From: the human T2T-CHM13v2.0 reference genome, Homo sapiens
Direction: 5' to 3' (one strand)
NCBI RefSeq assembly: GCF_009914755.1
Contig: NC_060928.1
DNA length: 64,000 nucleotides
Shown here one piece after another: positions 13,683-27,119 of this stretch. Within the stretch, counting starts at the first letter, position 1; each line of letters starts with the position of its first letter. A program made the translations under genes and the position numbers. The notes beneath the pieces were generated by a model. That model made no database searches. It worked only from the letters and a program-made list of their open reading frames with translations, and was not told where the DNA came from.

Positions 13683-14180
13683 TGTGTCCGGAGTTTGTTC
13701 CTTCCAGGGGGTTTGTGGTCTTGCTGACTTCAAGAATGAAGCCGTGGACTTTTGCAGTGTTACAACTCTTAAAGGTGGCACGGTCCCAAAGAGTGAGCAG
13801 CAACAACATTTATTGTGAAGAGCGAAAGAACAAAGCTTGCAAGTGTGGAAGGGGACCTGAGCAGGTTGCCCCTGCTGGCTGGGGTGGCCAGCTTTTATTC
13901 CCTTATTCATCCCCTCCCACGTCCTGCTGATTGGTCCATTTTACAGAGCACTGATTGGTCCATTTTACAGGGTGCTGATTGGTCCATTTTACAGGGTGCT
14001 GATTGGTCCATTTTATAAACCTCTAGTTAGCCACAGAAGGCTGATTGGTGCATTTTTACAGAGCACTGATTGGTGTATTTTACAAATCAGAGTGCTGATT
14101 GGTGCATTTTACAATCCTCTTGTAAGAAAGCTCTCCAAGTCCCTACTCGACCCAAGAAGTCCAGCTGGCTTCACCTCTCA
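13683..14180 (-). mobile_element. LTR12-family (ERV9) solo LTR with 7 CCAAT boxes
   Basis: Minus strand tgagaggtgaagccagctgg...aactccggacaca; tandem ctgattgg units at 13927-14103; TSD gagt/gagt. Confidence 0.92.
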
Positions 14181-14225
14181 GAGTGAAGTAAGTATAGGAG
14201 TCTTAATAAAAAAATATAGATGGTA

Positions 14226-14512
14226 GGCCAGGTGCTGTGTCTCACGCCTGTAATCCCAGCACTTTGGGAGACCGAAACGGGTGGATCATGACGTCAGGAG
14301 TTCAAGATCAGCCTGGCTAAGTTGCTGAAACCCCGTCTCTACTAAAAATACAAAAATTAGCTGGGCTTGGTGACACGTACCTCTAATCCGAGCTACTCGG
14401 GAGGCTGAGGCAGGAGAATCGCTTGAACCCGGATGGCAGAGGTTGCAGTTAGCCAAGATCATGCCACTGCACTCTAGCCTGGACGACAGAGCAAGATTCA
14501 GTCTCAAAAAAA
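14226..14512 (+). mobile_element. AluS with a (TA)/(GA) tail
   Basis: Full Alu dimer; tatagatggta recurs on both sides. Confidence 0.92.
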
Positions 14513-14770
14513 TATATATATGTATATATATAGAGAGAGATAGTAGAAAACTATCTATAGATGGTATAGATGGGGGCAAATGGTGGGTTGTTTGGTTAAC
14601 CGTCCCAGAAGAAATGATTTCTAAGCTGGATTCTGAGAGATAGATATGGTTTTGCCAGAACAGAGGTGTCATCCTTCTCTAGTTTCTATATTTTCACATT
14701 TCCATGGGCCATTTATACTAAATGCATTTCATAAATATAGCCCTTTTAATATGTCTTGATGTTCTAGTAT

Positions 14771-14810
14771 TATTAGGTTGGTGCAAAAGTAATTGCAGTT
14801 TTTTGCTAAT
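14771..14810 (+). mobile_element. MADE1 (Hsmar1 MITE), partial
   Basis: tattaggttggtgcaaaagtaattgcagttttt is the Hsmar1 terminal inverted repeat. Confidence 0.8.
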
Positions 14811-16478
14811 ATATTGGCTATACGTTCTGGGCACATGACAAATAGAATTAAGCGAACACAATGTAAAAATCTTGCACTGCATATGCAAATAGTGATGTTA
14901 TTGACCCAATCTGCTTATACTTTGACTTGTTTTTCTGTCAGTGATGACAGGTTTGTGACCAATATGGGTGGAATTAAGAGTGTTGTCAGAGCCTATAAAA
15001 GAAACTCATCTGCTGTTACATGCTGAACCTAACCATATGACTTTAAGTTCTATGTCAGAATAAACTCCCAAAATGGTTTAAAGATTGCTATTCAAACATA
15101 AATATATACATACATACATATATATATATATACACACGATATATCTCAACAAATATTGCTGGGTTTTTCCTTTAAGTAAATTTTTATTCTGACACAATTT
15201 GTACCTTAAAATGATTATAGATAATTTGAAGTTTTGTTTTTTACATTTCTGTGCTCCCAAGTATATTTTGGGTATCTGTAATTATGAATGCGAATTGGAT
15301 GAAAACACTCAATATTTGTTGGATGAAAGCATAAGTATGGGACTGATAATGCAGAAATTAAAGATGTAAAACTCAATATCACACTGAGATATTTTTAGAA
15401 CACATTTATTTCTTTTTTAAAAGATATCCAGATAGTTGCCAAACATTTACGTCTATAGTTCCTTATTTATGCCTTCTAATTTAGACCAATAGTATGGATC
15501 ATTACAAGTAATTTTGAAAACATGAGGGGTCTTATCATTAACCTGTCACTTTAGGTAGCTGAAGTTGGGTTATTGTGCATAATCATCTCACAAAGAAGTT
15601 TGCGAATCATGGACATAGCTTTAATTGGCTATTTGCCTCAGCTCTTCTGAAAGACTCAACCTTTAGTCATGTTTTAAATAAAAAAGAAAATACAGTGTGG
15701 CTCAAGTTATTTCCTGTACTTAAAACATTTGGCAAAAATGAGTTTCAGGGTTGTTAAAACTGATGTGTTCAAATTTGGCAGCCTCTTTTGTCCTCAGGGT
15801 ACATTGTAACATCTGCTATTCCACAGTGTATACACTAATCACGAGAAGCCTTGCTTTAGTATTGTTTTTTTTTTAATCCTTAAATATATACGAAAAGCAA
15901 AGCTTACAACAATGTTTTAGGATGAATGATACTATAAAATTCTATTAGCCTACTTTGGGAAAACACATGTTTTTCTTTTGAATTATGTCCAAAACATATG
16001 AATTGAACACCTGTACAAAAATTTTATGCAAAGACCATGAAATAAATAAATTTCCTAAACTGCACCATTGAGGAAGACTTGTGATGACCTTAATTCTCAT
16101 TGGCATGCCTATAGCAGCAGTCTTATTATTTCATCCCAGACCTGGGGGCATTTTTTGGTGTCTCTTAGATGGGAAATATTAACTTCATGAAGCACAGATA
16201 GACAGAGTGAGCCCTTGTAGAAGCAGTTTCTGTGATTACAAAACAAACAGGGATTCTAGTCTCAATGAACTGTATGTTCAAGGGAAATGACAGGCCACTG
16301 ACTTGCTAACTAAAAAGTCTTGGATTAAAAGCAACCTATCTCATACACCAGGAAACAAGTACATGTGCTTTAACCCAATCATCTCAGCAGCCCTCTGTGT
16401 ATGGGGGTGATTGTGTTTTTTTGTGTGTGTATGTGTGTGTGTGTGTGCATGTGCCCATGTATGTGATATTAATGAAAC

Positions 16479-16896
16479 AGAGAGGTGAAGCCAGCTAGAC
16501 TCCCTGGATCGAGAGGGGACTTGGAGAACTTTTCTGTCTTACAAGAGGATTGTAAAATGCACCAATCAGCACTCTGTAGTTAGGATTGTAAAATGCACCA
16601 ATCAGCGCTCTGTGGCTAGCTAGAGGTTTGTAAAATGGACCAATCAGCAGGACGTGGGCAGGGACAAATAAGGGAATAAAAGCTGGCCACCCCAGCCAGC
16701 AGGGGCAACCTGCTCGGGTCCCCTTCCACACTGTGCAAGCTTTGTTCTTTTGCTCTTCACATTAAATCTTGCTGCTGCTCACTCTTTGGGTCCATGCCAT
16801 CTTTAAGAGCTGTAACACTCACCGCGAAGGTCCGCGGCTCCATTCTTGAAGTCAGCAAGACCACGAACCCACCAGAAGGAACCAGCTACGGACACA
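16479..16896 (+). mobile_element. LTR12-family (ERV9) solo LTR with 3 CCAAT boxes
   Basis: agagaggtgaagccagctagac...ccaatcagc x3...gctacggacaca; TSD aaac/aaac. Confidence 0.92.
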
Positions 16897-16979
16897 AAAC
16901 TTCATATAAGTAAGATTTCAGGTGCATAATTTGCTAAGTGTTTTATATGTATGTAAACAGTTGAACAATTTTAAAAATA

Positions 16980-17330
16980 AATTTAATTTTTAAAAGTAGT
17001 ATTAGATTTACAGAAGGATTATGATAGCAGAGTTTCCACATACTTGGCACCCTGTTCCTCTGTTATTAGCATCTTATTTGTTACAATTAGTATGATATAT
17101 TTGTTATAATTATTGTACCAGTATTCACCCACTATTGTTAATGAAGTTCGTATGTTATTCAGATTTCCTTAGTTTTTACTTAATGTCCTTCTTCTGTTCC
17201 AAGATCCCATCCAAGGTAATACATTTAGTTGTCACATTTAGGCTCCTCTTAGCTGTGACAACATGTAAGACTTTCCTTGTTTTTTATGTCCTGGACAGGT
17301 TTGAGGAATACTGGTCAAGTGTTTTGCATA
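16980..17330 (-). mobile_element. Old L1M 3' fragment
   Basis: ttattcagatttccttagttttt...ctgttccaagatcccatcc...ttgaggaatactggtca. Confidence 0.7.
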
Positions 17331-18627
17331 ATTTCTTCATTAATCACTCTCTTGAAAAATTACTTAGCCAGTGAATAAATTTATTTTTTGTCTAAGGTTT
17401 AGGGATCCAAAAAGTGACACTAATTACCTTGAGATGAAATCAATATACCCATTGCTAAATCTCACCAGCAAGAAGCTTCCTTGATATAGAAGACTGGATA
17501 TTTTTCCATGATTCCTGCTGTAAGAAACAATATCCTGGCAGTTGTTATGAACCTTTTTCAAAAATACATTTTTATGCAGATGACCTCGCAAACTGCAAAA
17601 GTCTTGGGATGATCTAAGTGACTGTAGAGACAGTTCTGGGCCTTTCAGCTGGTAACGTTCAGGTGTAATTAGGGGCTGTTCTGAATCAAAGTGTGGCTGT
17701 TAAGGACTTCTCTCATGTGATGGAAACACTGAGTTATAACCAGTAGTAGGAAATGTAGTGTGTGTACATGTGTTTTTTCCAGCAGAATATTTTTATTTAT
17801 TTGACAAATATCCATTGAGCCTCCATTCTATGTCAGATACTTGTCTAGTTGCACTGAAAACTTAGTTCCTGAGCCATGTTCATGTCTTTGTTCTGTGAGT
17901 CCCCAGCTTCCCTGTTCCCTATTTTCTGAGTTTCCCAGTAAACCATTGAAGAATGCTTCTTAAAGAAATAAACTTGAATTGACCTTAAATTATAAACAAG
18001 TTGGATCAGAAGTAAATATTTCTAAACTGTAAATAAAGGAAGTTAATTACTATACAAAGCTAACTTTGTACCTGGATTACGCCCTACAGTGTAATGCATG
18101 ATGTGGTAACTTGTGATTACAAATGTAGATCATTAAATTGGGAGCAGAGGTTACATATTAGGTGGCATTGCTTTTTTTTCTCTATCTCCAAGTCATTTGC
18201 TTTTTAAATGTTTTGCCAATAAAGATTTCACTATTTTGTAAGTCAGCTAATATTTTTAGTTCCATAGTTTTAGCAGGTAGATTGCACCCGTATTGATGTC
18301 TTATGCAATCAGTAAAAACTGTCCACAAATAAAAAGAAAAAAATGTAAGGGTTCTGTATACAAGTTTTTAAAAAACTTATGCTTGTCATGCCATTTAGTT
18401 TTATTTTGTAAATTCCAAGAATTAATTGATGTACTTTTTATATCATGTCTTTTGTTGGATATGAAAATCAGTTATTTCAGTCTCTCGTTAGAAATAGGTA
18501 CAAAATATCTTGTGTCTTCAGTACATGGAAAGCAAAGGGAAAATTTTTCTGTTACCTTGGGTTTCTTTGTACCTTTAAAAGATATCATGTACTCCAAGGT
18601 TAATTAATTAGAGTATCTTGGAAATAA

Positions 18628-19074
<447 letters not shown>

Positions 19075-19958
19075 CCAAGCAGGTTTTTGTTGTGTTTTGT
19101 TTTATTAAAATTAGAAATGTTGTGGCATCCTGTGGAAAGATCTCAAATTAAATCCTGCCTAGTTTGGAGTGTGTCTGTAAAGATAGAAAATCATCATTAA
19201 CACGTCAGAAACCTAAATAGAAGTTCACAAATTAAATGTCCTTTGGAATTAGGTATGTGGAAGAGGAGAGCTCAAGTCCTCTACTTCCCAGCCATCTGAT
19301 ATTTTTCCTTCTTATGGGAAGAGGGAATATTGATACATTTATGTGCTCAGTTCTTATGTACATTATGCCAAAGGTTTTATTATCTTTTATTATAAGATAT
19401 CTGCATATAGACACTAAGAAAGGATACATATATTGGTAGATTCTCTCAATTAGAGTTCTTCTGCTCAGGGACCATGCTAGCTCATTCTGACTCTTCGCAA
19501 AGTGTTTAGGGAATGACTTGTCCCCCCTTTTTAAAGATTCACTTAGGACTTTTCAGACACTTAAATTTTCTCCCTTTGAAAAGAAGGTTGGAAGCAATGT
19601 GGATAAAATATAATATTCATAGAGCATTGTATTTATAAATATGTACTAGGAAATGAATGAGCAGGTAAAAGCCATTGGCCAGTTTCCTTCTCTCAGTCTC
19701 ATGAAAGTACTATCTTGTTGAGATTAAGATAAAATTTTGTCTAACTCAGACATGAGATATGCGAGCTTCTAATTCTGTGTACCTCCCATTAATAACATAT
19801 GTTTTTAGAGCTCAATCAACCACAGAAAGAAAGAAGGAAACAAGAAAAAAATCTAATAGGTTTCTTCCCTTATTCTGATGCTGGTAAGCTGTAAAATGAG
19901 GGAAATCCTGATGTTGGCCCTAAGCTGTAAGAAAGAGTAGTTAATAATAATAGCCTAT

Positions 19959-20422
19959 TGTGTTAGCTTGCTAGGGTTGCACTAATAAACTGCCATAAAT
20001 TGGGCAGCTTGAAACAACTGAATTTTATTGTCTCACAGTTCTGGTGGTTGCAAGTCTGAAATCAAGTTCTCAGCAGGACCACATTCCCTCCGAAACCTGG
20101 ATTAAACCCTTCCCTACCTCTCCTAACTTCCAGTGGTTTGCTGACAACTTTTGGTGGTCCTTGACTTACAACTGCATAACTCCAATCCCTAACTTTGAGG
20201 CCGCATGGCATTCTCCCTGTGTTGTTTTCACATGGCCATCTTCTTATAAGGACAATGATCACGCTGGATTAGGAGCCCACCCTACTGTAGTATGAACTCA
20301 TCTAAGCTTAGCTAGTTACATTTGCGATGACCTTATTTCTTAATAACATAAGCATAGGTACTGCAAGTTAGAAACTCAAACATATTTTTTGGGGTGGAAG
20401 GAACATAATTCAACTGACAACA
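19959..20422 (-). mobile_element. MLT1 (MaLR) LTR
   Basis: ttgtctcacagttctgg...tgaaatcaag...cttataaggaca...aattcaac. Confidence 0.8.
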
Positions 20423-20747
20423 TTTGTTTATTTTTTTGGCCAGGTGTACATTACATGGCCACGATTTGCTCTGAGAAGTGGGGTTACATTTACATTGGTG
20501 ATACTTGTTCAACAAATCTGAGCAGGCAATGTCTAGAGATACCAAGAAGAGGAGCTTCCTGTCTTTATTAGTGGGTTAGAATCTAGTTGAGGAAACAGAC
20601 CATTTTAAATTGTTTTATGTAAAGTGATAATTTCTGTCATGGCAATAGGGACAAAGTACTATGAAAAAGGTTGATGGAGTGATAAATTTTTCTTGGCTTG
20701 AAGTGATTTTTATTTTCTTTATGCTTTAATGTTTTCTGAGTTTTCTA

Positions 20748-21290
<543 letters not shown>

Positions 21291-21548
21291 TTACCTCAGA
21301 TCTGATCTTACTCTTCTAATTTCATCGTTCAACTCAGGTTCCTCTTTACTGTGCCCTGGGACCAAGGTAAGCAGGCACAAAGGAATGGCTTCTGAAACAT
21401 GTAGACGAGCATAGGCACATACCAGCATATGCTTTCAATAATGAGGAAGAAGAAAACGAATATAACGGCTGAGAAGCTTCCAATATACCACCAAATCCGG
21501 ACTCTGGAGACTCCCAAGCAGACTGTAAAAGCTGATTGCCTCAAAGTG

Positions 21549-24500
21549 TCAAAATCCAAATCTAAAATCATATCCTGTCCTTTCTTCTGGCACCTATCAA
21601 GATGATTCTGAGGGGTTTATAAGTTTCTTATAATAACCTATTTCATAGTATGGAAAAGTTGTCATGAAACTCCTGTTTGTTACCTCATTATGGTGTCCTT
21701 GTTTCTTGTTTAGCAATAGCCTAAACAGGCTCTGCGGGATGCTCAGAAAATGGTTACATGGGTGTAGCTACAAGCAAAACAGGAATGCAGAGAAAAGAAC
21801 TAACAGGCCCTGCTGGTTTCTCAGATGCAGTGCTGCATATTCCAAGAGGCCTTCATTAGGAGACAGGCATTAGGAGGGGTTGATTGCAGGCCAATCAACT
21901 AGCTGCAGTTTCAAGGCTGCTTCCAGCTTACTCGTCTGTTTGAATAAGTTGAAGTAAATTTAGCTACAAGGAGACTCCACTTCTATTTAATCAAATAGTC
22001 TTAATGCAGTAAGGAATCTTAGTGCAACAAACCATCACCATCCTAATGCGATCACCTTGTAAGATTCCTCATCTAGTGTTTGAATCCCTTGGGGGGCAAC
22101 CCCCATTATTGCTAACCAGGTTTCCTTTAACATCTTCAGTAATTTAAATTTCACTGCCAACACCAGCGAACCTGCTCTTTTATTGAATAACTCGAACTGT
22201 TATGAAGTTGTTATACTGAGCAGCAAAGTATTTACTAAATAGAAAATGCCCTACTGTTCTAATTCTATCCCTTGGTATGACATTAAAAAAAAACTCCAGT
22301 CCCTTTTTCTCATGTGATTCCTTCAAACATTTCAAAGCAACCAGAGTATTTTGCCCAAATAGTCTTGTTTTCATTACAGCTATGTATAGTTTGTTCATCA
22401 CATGGTTTCAAGTCTCTTTACAATCTTTGTCATTTTTCCCTGGACGTATTTGGAACTAAACGTTATCCCAGAGTTGAACACAAAATTCTGTGTCTGTGTA
22501 CCAAAAAATTGTACATTCCTATGGCATTTACAGTTACAAAAAAGTTTTAAGTATTTTTTCAGATACTCTGTTATCTTACCTCTTTCTCTGTATTATACTA
22601 TTTGGGAACAGTAAGTTCCAAAGCACTTTTTGGGACAGTAACTTTTTAGGGAACAATTCTTCTTTTTTTACTCAATTTTTGAATTTTACTCCTAAACCTG
22701 TGAAATCTAGTAGTGGATACAATATCACAACCCAAGGGTAATTCTGGATCTCTAATTTTTCATTCAAAAACTGGTCTATCTTAAGCAGCTTATAGGAATT
22801 CTTTTTTCTTTTGATTTTGAAAGTGATTCACTTCACACAGGTAGCTTTGCTTAGGTTTATGGCTGGTGTTCTGATTTCTTGATGCCCATGCCATACCAGT
22901 AGTTACATATTTTGAATGTCACTCATTCCTGATCTTCAATATATGTCAAAGGGATGGAACATATATTGAGGAATAGATCTAATGTAAAATATTAGAATAG
23001 TACATGTATATGTACTCCTCTAAAATGCTAGAGAAAATAAACTTATAAATGTTATATTGCCTATAATATGCACATTAAGGAAAGACTTATTCTTTGAATT
23101 GGCCAATTTATCTATTTTTATATGTTGATAGTTATGAAAGTTAAATGTTTTCTACCCTCCGGAAGTACACCTGTGTGATGTTTTTTTTTTTTTTTTTAAG
23201 TTAATCTCCTTTAAGCAAAATGTGTTTGGTATTTGGAATGTTGGGTCCTTTCTGTGGAGGTTGTTTAAAATGTAAAATAATCCATTGTTCTCAGCTAAAA
23301 TAGTTCTCTGTTACTATCTTCTTGCGATCTTTGTCCTTCATGCAGTTTTAAATCCGGATGCATAGTTTTCCTGCCAGAAGTTAATGCTTACTTCTCATTT
23401 GTTTTCTTTTCCTGTTGCCTTCAGAGCTCACAGAGAGAAGATGCTATTTCTGCAATCTCTAAGACATGTGGCTTTCCCAGGCAGATTGTTTATTTAATGA
23501 AAAAGAAGAGAGGTCCACTCTATTTGTTTGGAGTTATGTAAATATTCTTTAAAAGGAGGATTTCCTCATTTATTCCACTTCAGTCTTCCTGTTCAGAGAG
23601 AGCTTTAAATGCACCTTAAATCACTATATGATGACAGCTTGAGTTACAGTTTTATAACAGTACCAAATATATTCAAGATGTTGTGAATAAGAAAGGAAAA
23701 ATGGATTAATTCCTAATTTATCTCTCTATATATTACAATATAAGATTATTGCATATCTTCACGTATAAAACCAGTTTATCATTATAAACCTAGTAATAAA
23801 AATAACACATAGTGCTATGATAATAGGTAAGTTTGAATAGAAGGTATCAAAAAGGAGACAGATAAGGTATTGTTCTATACATTTAGTACTAATAGTTTTG
23901 TTTCTTTTTTTATTTCACATTCTTACTCAGGTAGAGTTTGCTCACCATGTTGTAATTGAAGTTGGAAAACTCTTTAAAAGGTACCATAATAGAAGGATGT
24001 TTTCAATCGGAAACAGTATATTTTTTATTTCTCTTTTCATCATCTTGTGAGTTGAGTTTTAAATTAAACATAGAATTCAGATAACACCATGAATAAACCT
24101 TAAAGCATTTCACATTTTGCAAATATAATTATTTCTCAAATATGTAACCAGAATGGGCATATGGTAGGTACTACAGAGAGAAAAGGGTAACAATGATTAA
24201 AATATCATTAAAAATAATATTGTGGAATGTTAATATTTAATATAACAAATGTTTACACATATAATTATACATAATATATACATATGTTTTACATGCACTA
24301 CATATAACACATATAATGTATATTTCACATAACATGTTACAAATAATCTTATATATGTAATTTAAATATATTTATATATTTATAAATATCAATACACTGT
24401 CAAGGGTTGGAATTACATTAGAGCTTTTTCATTTTATGTAGTGAATACTCATAGATCAGGTACAGATATTTTTTCTCAGAACATTTTTAGACTGTATTAA

Positions 24501-24921
24501 ATATTATAGTATAAAATTGGTGAAGTGAAGCCATCAAAATGACTATACCAGCTCTTTTATAACTACTTTTAAAAAGGCAAATATTAGTATACAATTTTAT
24601 CCAAAGCATAATATCTATGGACGTAGATGACCTGTTTAAGGAGAAAAGAAACATGTTCAAATCACATTGAAATAACAGAGAGAAATGTCAGGGTTTCAGT
24701 GTTACGTGAGGGAAACATTATGTTTCCTCCAAATAATAATAAGTTGCCAGGTATTTTATCATAGTTTCTTGAAATTGACACAGACCTTTAGGTCTGTTGT
24801 GCATCGTACGTAATTTTCTTGTTTGGCGTTGCACTGATTTTAAAAGTTCTGCAATAAAGCACATTAATTGCATTGTTTTCTTTTCATTTAGAATTTCAGA
24901 CATTATTTCCAGAAAAGTCAT
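21549..24921 (-). other. Candidate four-exon spliced ORF (exons 24921-24786, 21963-21932, 21767-21684, 21593-21549); unverified
   Basis: Canonical AG/GT boundaries, compatible phases, 98 codons without an internal stop, locally retained CpGs; no recognised homology. Confidence 0.3.
22070..22500 (-). mobile_element. L3/CR1 LINE 3' fragment
   Basis: Minus strand gtccagggaaaaatgacaaagattgtaaagagacttgaaaccatg...ttgaaatgtttgaagg...agaattagaaca...actgaagatgttaaag parallels the L3 3' region. Confidence 0.6.
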
Positions 24922-26239
24922 AGTTTGAAGCGCTTCAAAATCTTTGAACTCAGAAAAGGAAAGGAAGTTCCTTTATGTCAAAACTGTGATAAAAGCAAAC
25001 AAACATTTAATAAATGTTGGATAGACTTAAATAGTTTTGTGTTCATCTCAAGCATACATTGAAAGCTTATTAAACTGTATTAACTTGTGTAATAAATGTT
25101 ATAAAAGAATCAGAGTTCTGGAAGATTCTTGTTTCCTTTAGGCAGAACCACATTTGAAGCAAACTGAAGTGAGAGAAAGCATGATTGTGCAAAAGAGCTT
25201 AGAGTTTTATACACCCTCTCAACAACTCTTCCTATTAGTCTCACCTGTACTGCCAGGTCATTCATGCTTCCTTTTCATTTGTCTTCTTTTGTCACTGTAA
25301 GTTAAGCCAAGTAATTGCTGCCTCTGCTGTCCTCAGGTTGAAACAGAGTTAAATTAGCTCACCTCTATGTGTGCCAGATGTTCCTTTGGTCAAGGTGGCT
25401 GGTTCTCTCTGTTTCTGTAGGTAAAGAATTGTAATTGCTTGAGCTTCTAGCCATTGTTCTTTTTTATCAAACCTTTCGTCACCATGAAGATTTCCTTCTG
25501 TGCCTTTTGCAGTCATCCACAGCTTTCACAAAAGAGGGCTAATTATCACTGATGTGACTGACTGCCATTATTTCCTAGTTATAATTTTCTCAATACAATT
25601 TCTCTTCACAACTCCTCTTAGGATACTTTTGAGCTATTTCCACTTATTAGTTTAACAATTTTGTAACTTCTTTCTTTGTATTTCCTAATGTAGAAACATA
25701 GGTAGATTGAAACCCACGTTTCCAAGGAATAAAGCTAAGAGTGTGTTTAAAGAGAAGGCTCATATGTATTACTGAGCTTCTCTACTGTTAGAGTATATAG
25801 AAGATAGTCTCTTCTTTATTTTGCAAATACGACAACTGAATCACAGGGCATTCATTACTTTAGTAAACCTCTACTCAGCAAAATCTTTACAACTTACTGC
25901 TATTAACAATTAGAGTATTGGTAATACTGAGTGATGTAATTATTGCTATACAGGTGATTTCAGAGCCTGGTTAACACAGAAATCTAAATCTCAGATCTAA
26001 CTTATTTCATTCCAAGGTTAGGGAGGGAATTTTGCTTAGATTTCCTGCTCCCAGTGAATCTTGAGTGGTGTCCAATAGTTCTAAGCCATGGACACTGGGT
26101 TTAAGTCACTATGGGAATTCCTCATTGATTGGTTCCACTGAATTGGTAAATACAGTTATTCACATCTCAGTTAGGTGGTATGTTCTGCAGTTAGCTTATA
26201 GGGCAAAATCCCACATATTAAAAATTCCATGCCCCACAT

Positions 26240-26650
26240 CCCTCCCTCCCCTACCATCACATCCTACACTAGAGTGATACATTTGTTACAATCCATGAAC
26301 CAACACTGACACATTGTTATCACCCAAAGTCCATAGTTTACATGAGAGTTCACTCTGTGTTGTACATTCCATAAGTTTTGACAAATGTGTAATGGCAGAT
26401 ATTCATCCTTATAGTAACATACAGAATAGTTTCACTTCCCTAAAAGTGACCTGTGCTCTACCTGCTTATTTGTATGTCTCTCTATTTTTCCCACACCCTG
26501 GCAACCACGTATTCTTTTACTGCCTCCATGGTTTTGCCTTTTCCAAAATGTATAAACGTGGAATCATATGGTATGTAGCTTTTCCAAACTGTCTGTTTTC
26601 ACTTAATAATATGCTTTTCATGTTCTTCCATGTCTTTTCATGGCTTGGAA
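26240..26650 (-). mobile_element. L1MC-type 3' fragment
   Basis: tacatttgttacaatccatgaaccaacactgacacattgttatcacccaaagtccatagtttacat. Confidence 0.85.
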
Positions 26651-27119
26651 AATGATACTACTTTTGAGTCAGAAAATTTTAAGGAGCACTTAAAAGCAAT
26701 GTTTTTGTTTCATCCTGAAAAGAGAAGAAAATATGCTTTTTGAGTAGAAATTTTATATATTATTTGAAGATTCCCTGTTTCCCACATAGAATGTGGTCAG
26801 GAGCATGTGAAAACTATTACAGATCACTTAATGTGGAAGTTAAATAATATAAAAAGTAATGAAAACTAGATTATCAATTCTGATCTATGTTCATTAAGAA
26901 GCATGAACTATTAACAAGTATGTAGATAGTTTTTACTGTTGCTCAACCCTTGTAAGCTACAAATAAGAACCAACTGTATCTTACAGAATTGAATTGAGTG
27001 AAACTTAACATTATAGTGCCCCAAAAAAGAGAAAGGTTTAAATGTAATTTTTGTCTAAATTTATCCAATTATAAATATTCTTTCATTCTAATTTAATTAA
27101 AATGAAGGTAGACCTTGAT

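Noticed and set aside
13927-14110. Regularly spaced ~23-bp repeats resembling a CRISPR array
   Set aside because: They are LTR12 CCAAT tandem units without unique spacers, in a primate genome
21964-22401. Longer minus-strand exon extending the candidate gene (ORF 22180-22401)
   Set aside because: Several stops, and most of it matches an L3/CR1 fragment
21423-24848. Resemblance of the Cys-rich reading to TMEM95/IZUMO-type proteins (C-x9-C spacing, TM ending in IES)
   Set aside because: Only a few residues match by eye and the remaining Cys spacing does not fit; no homology can be claimed without a profile search
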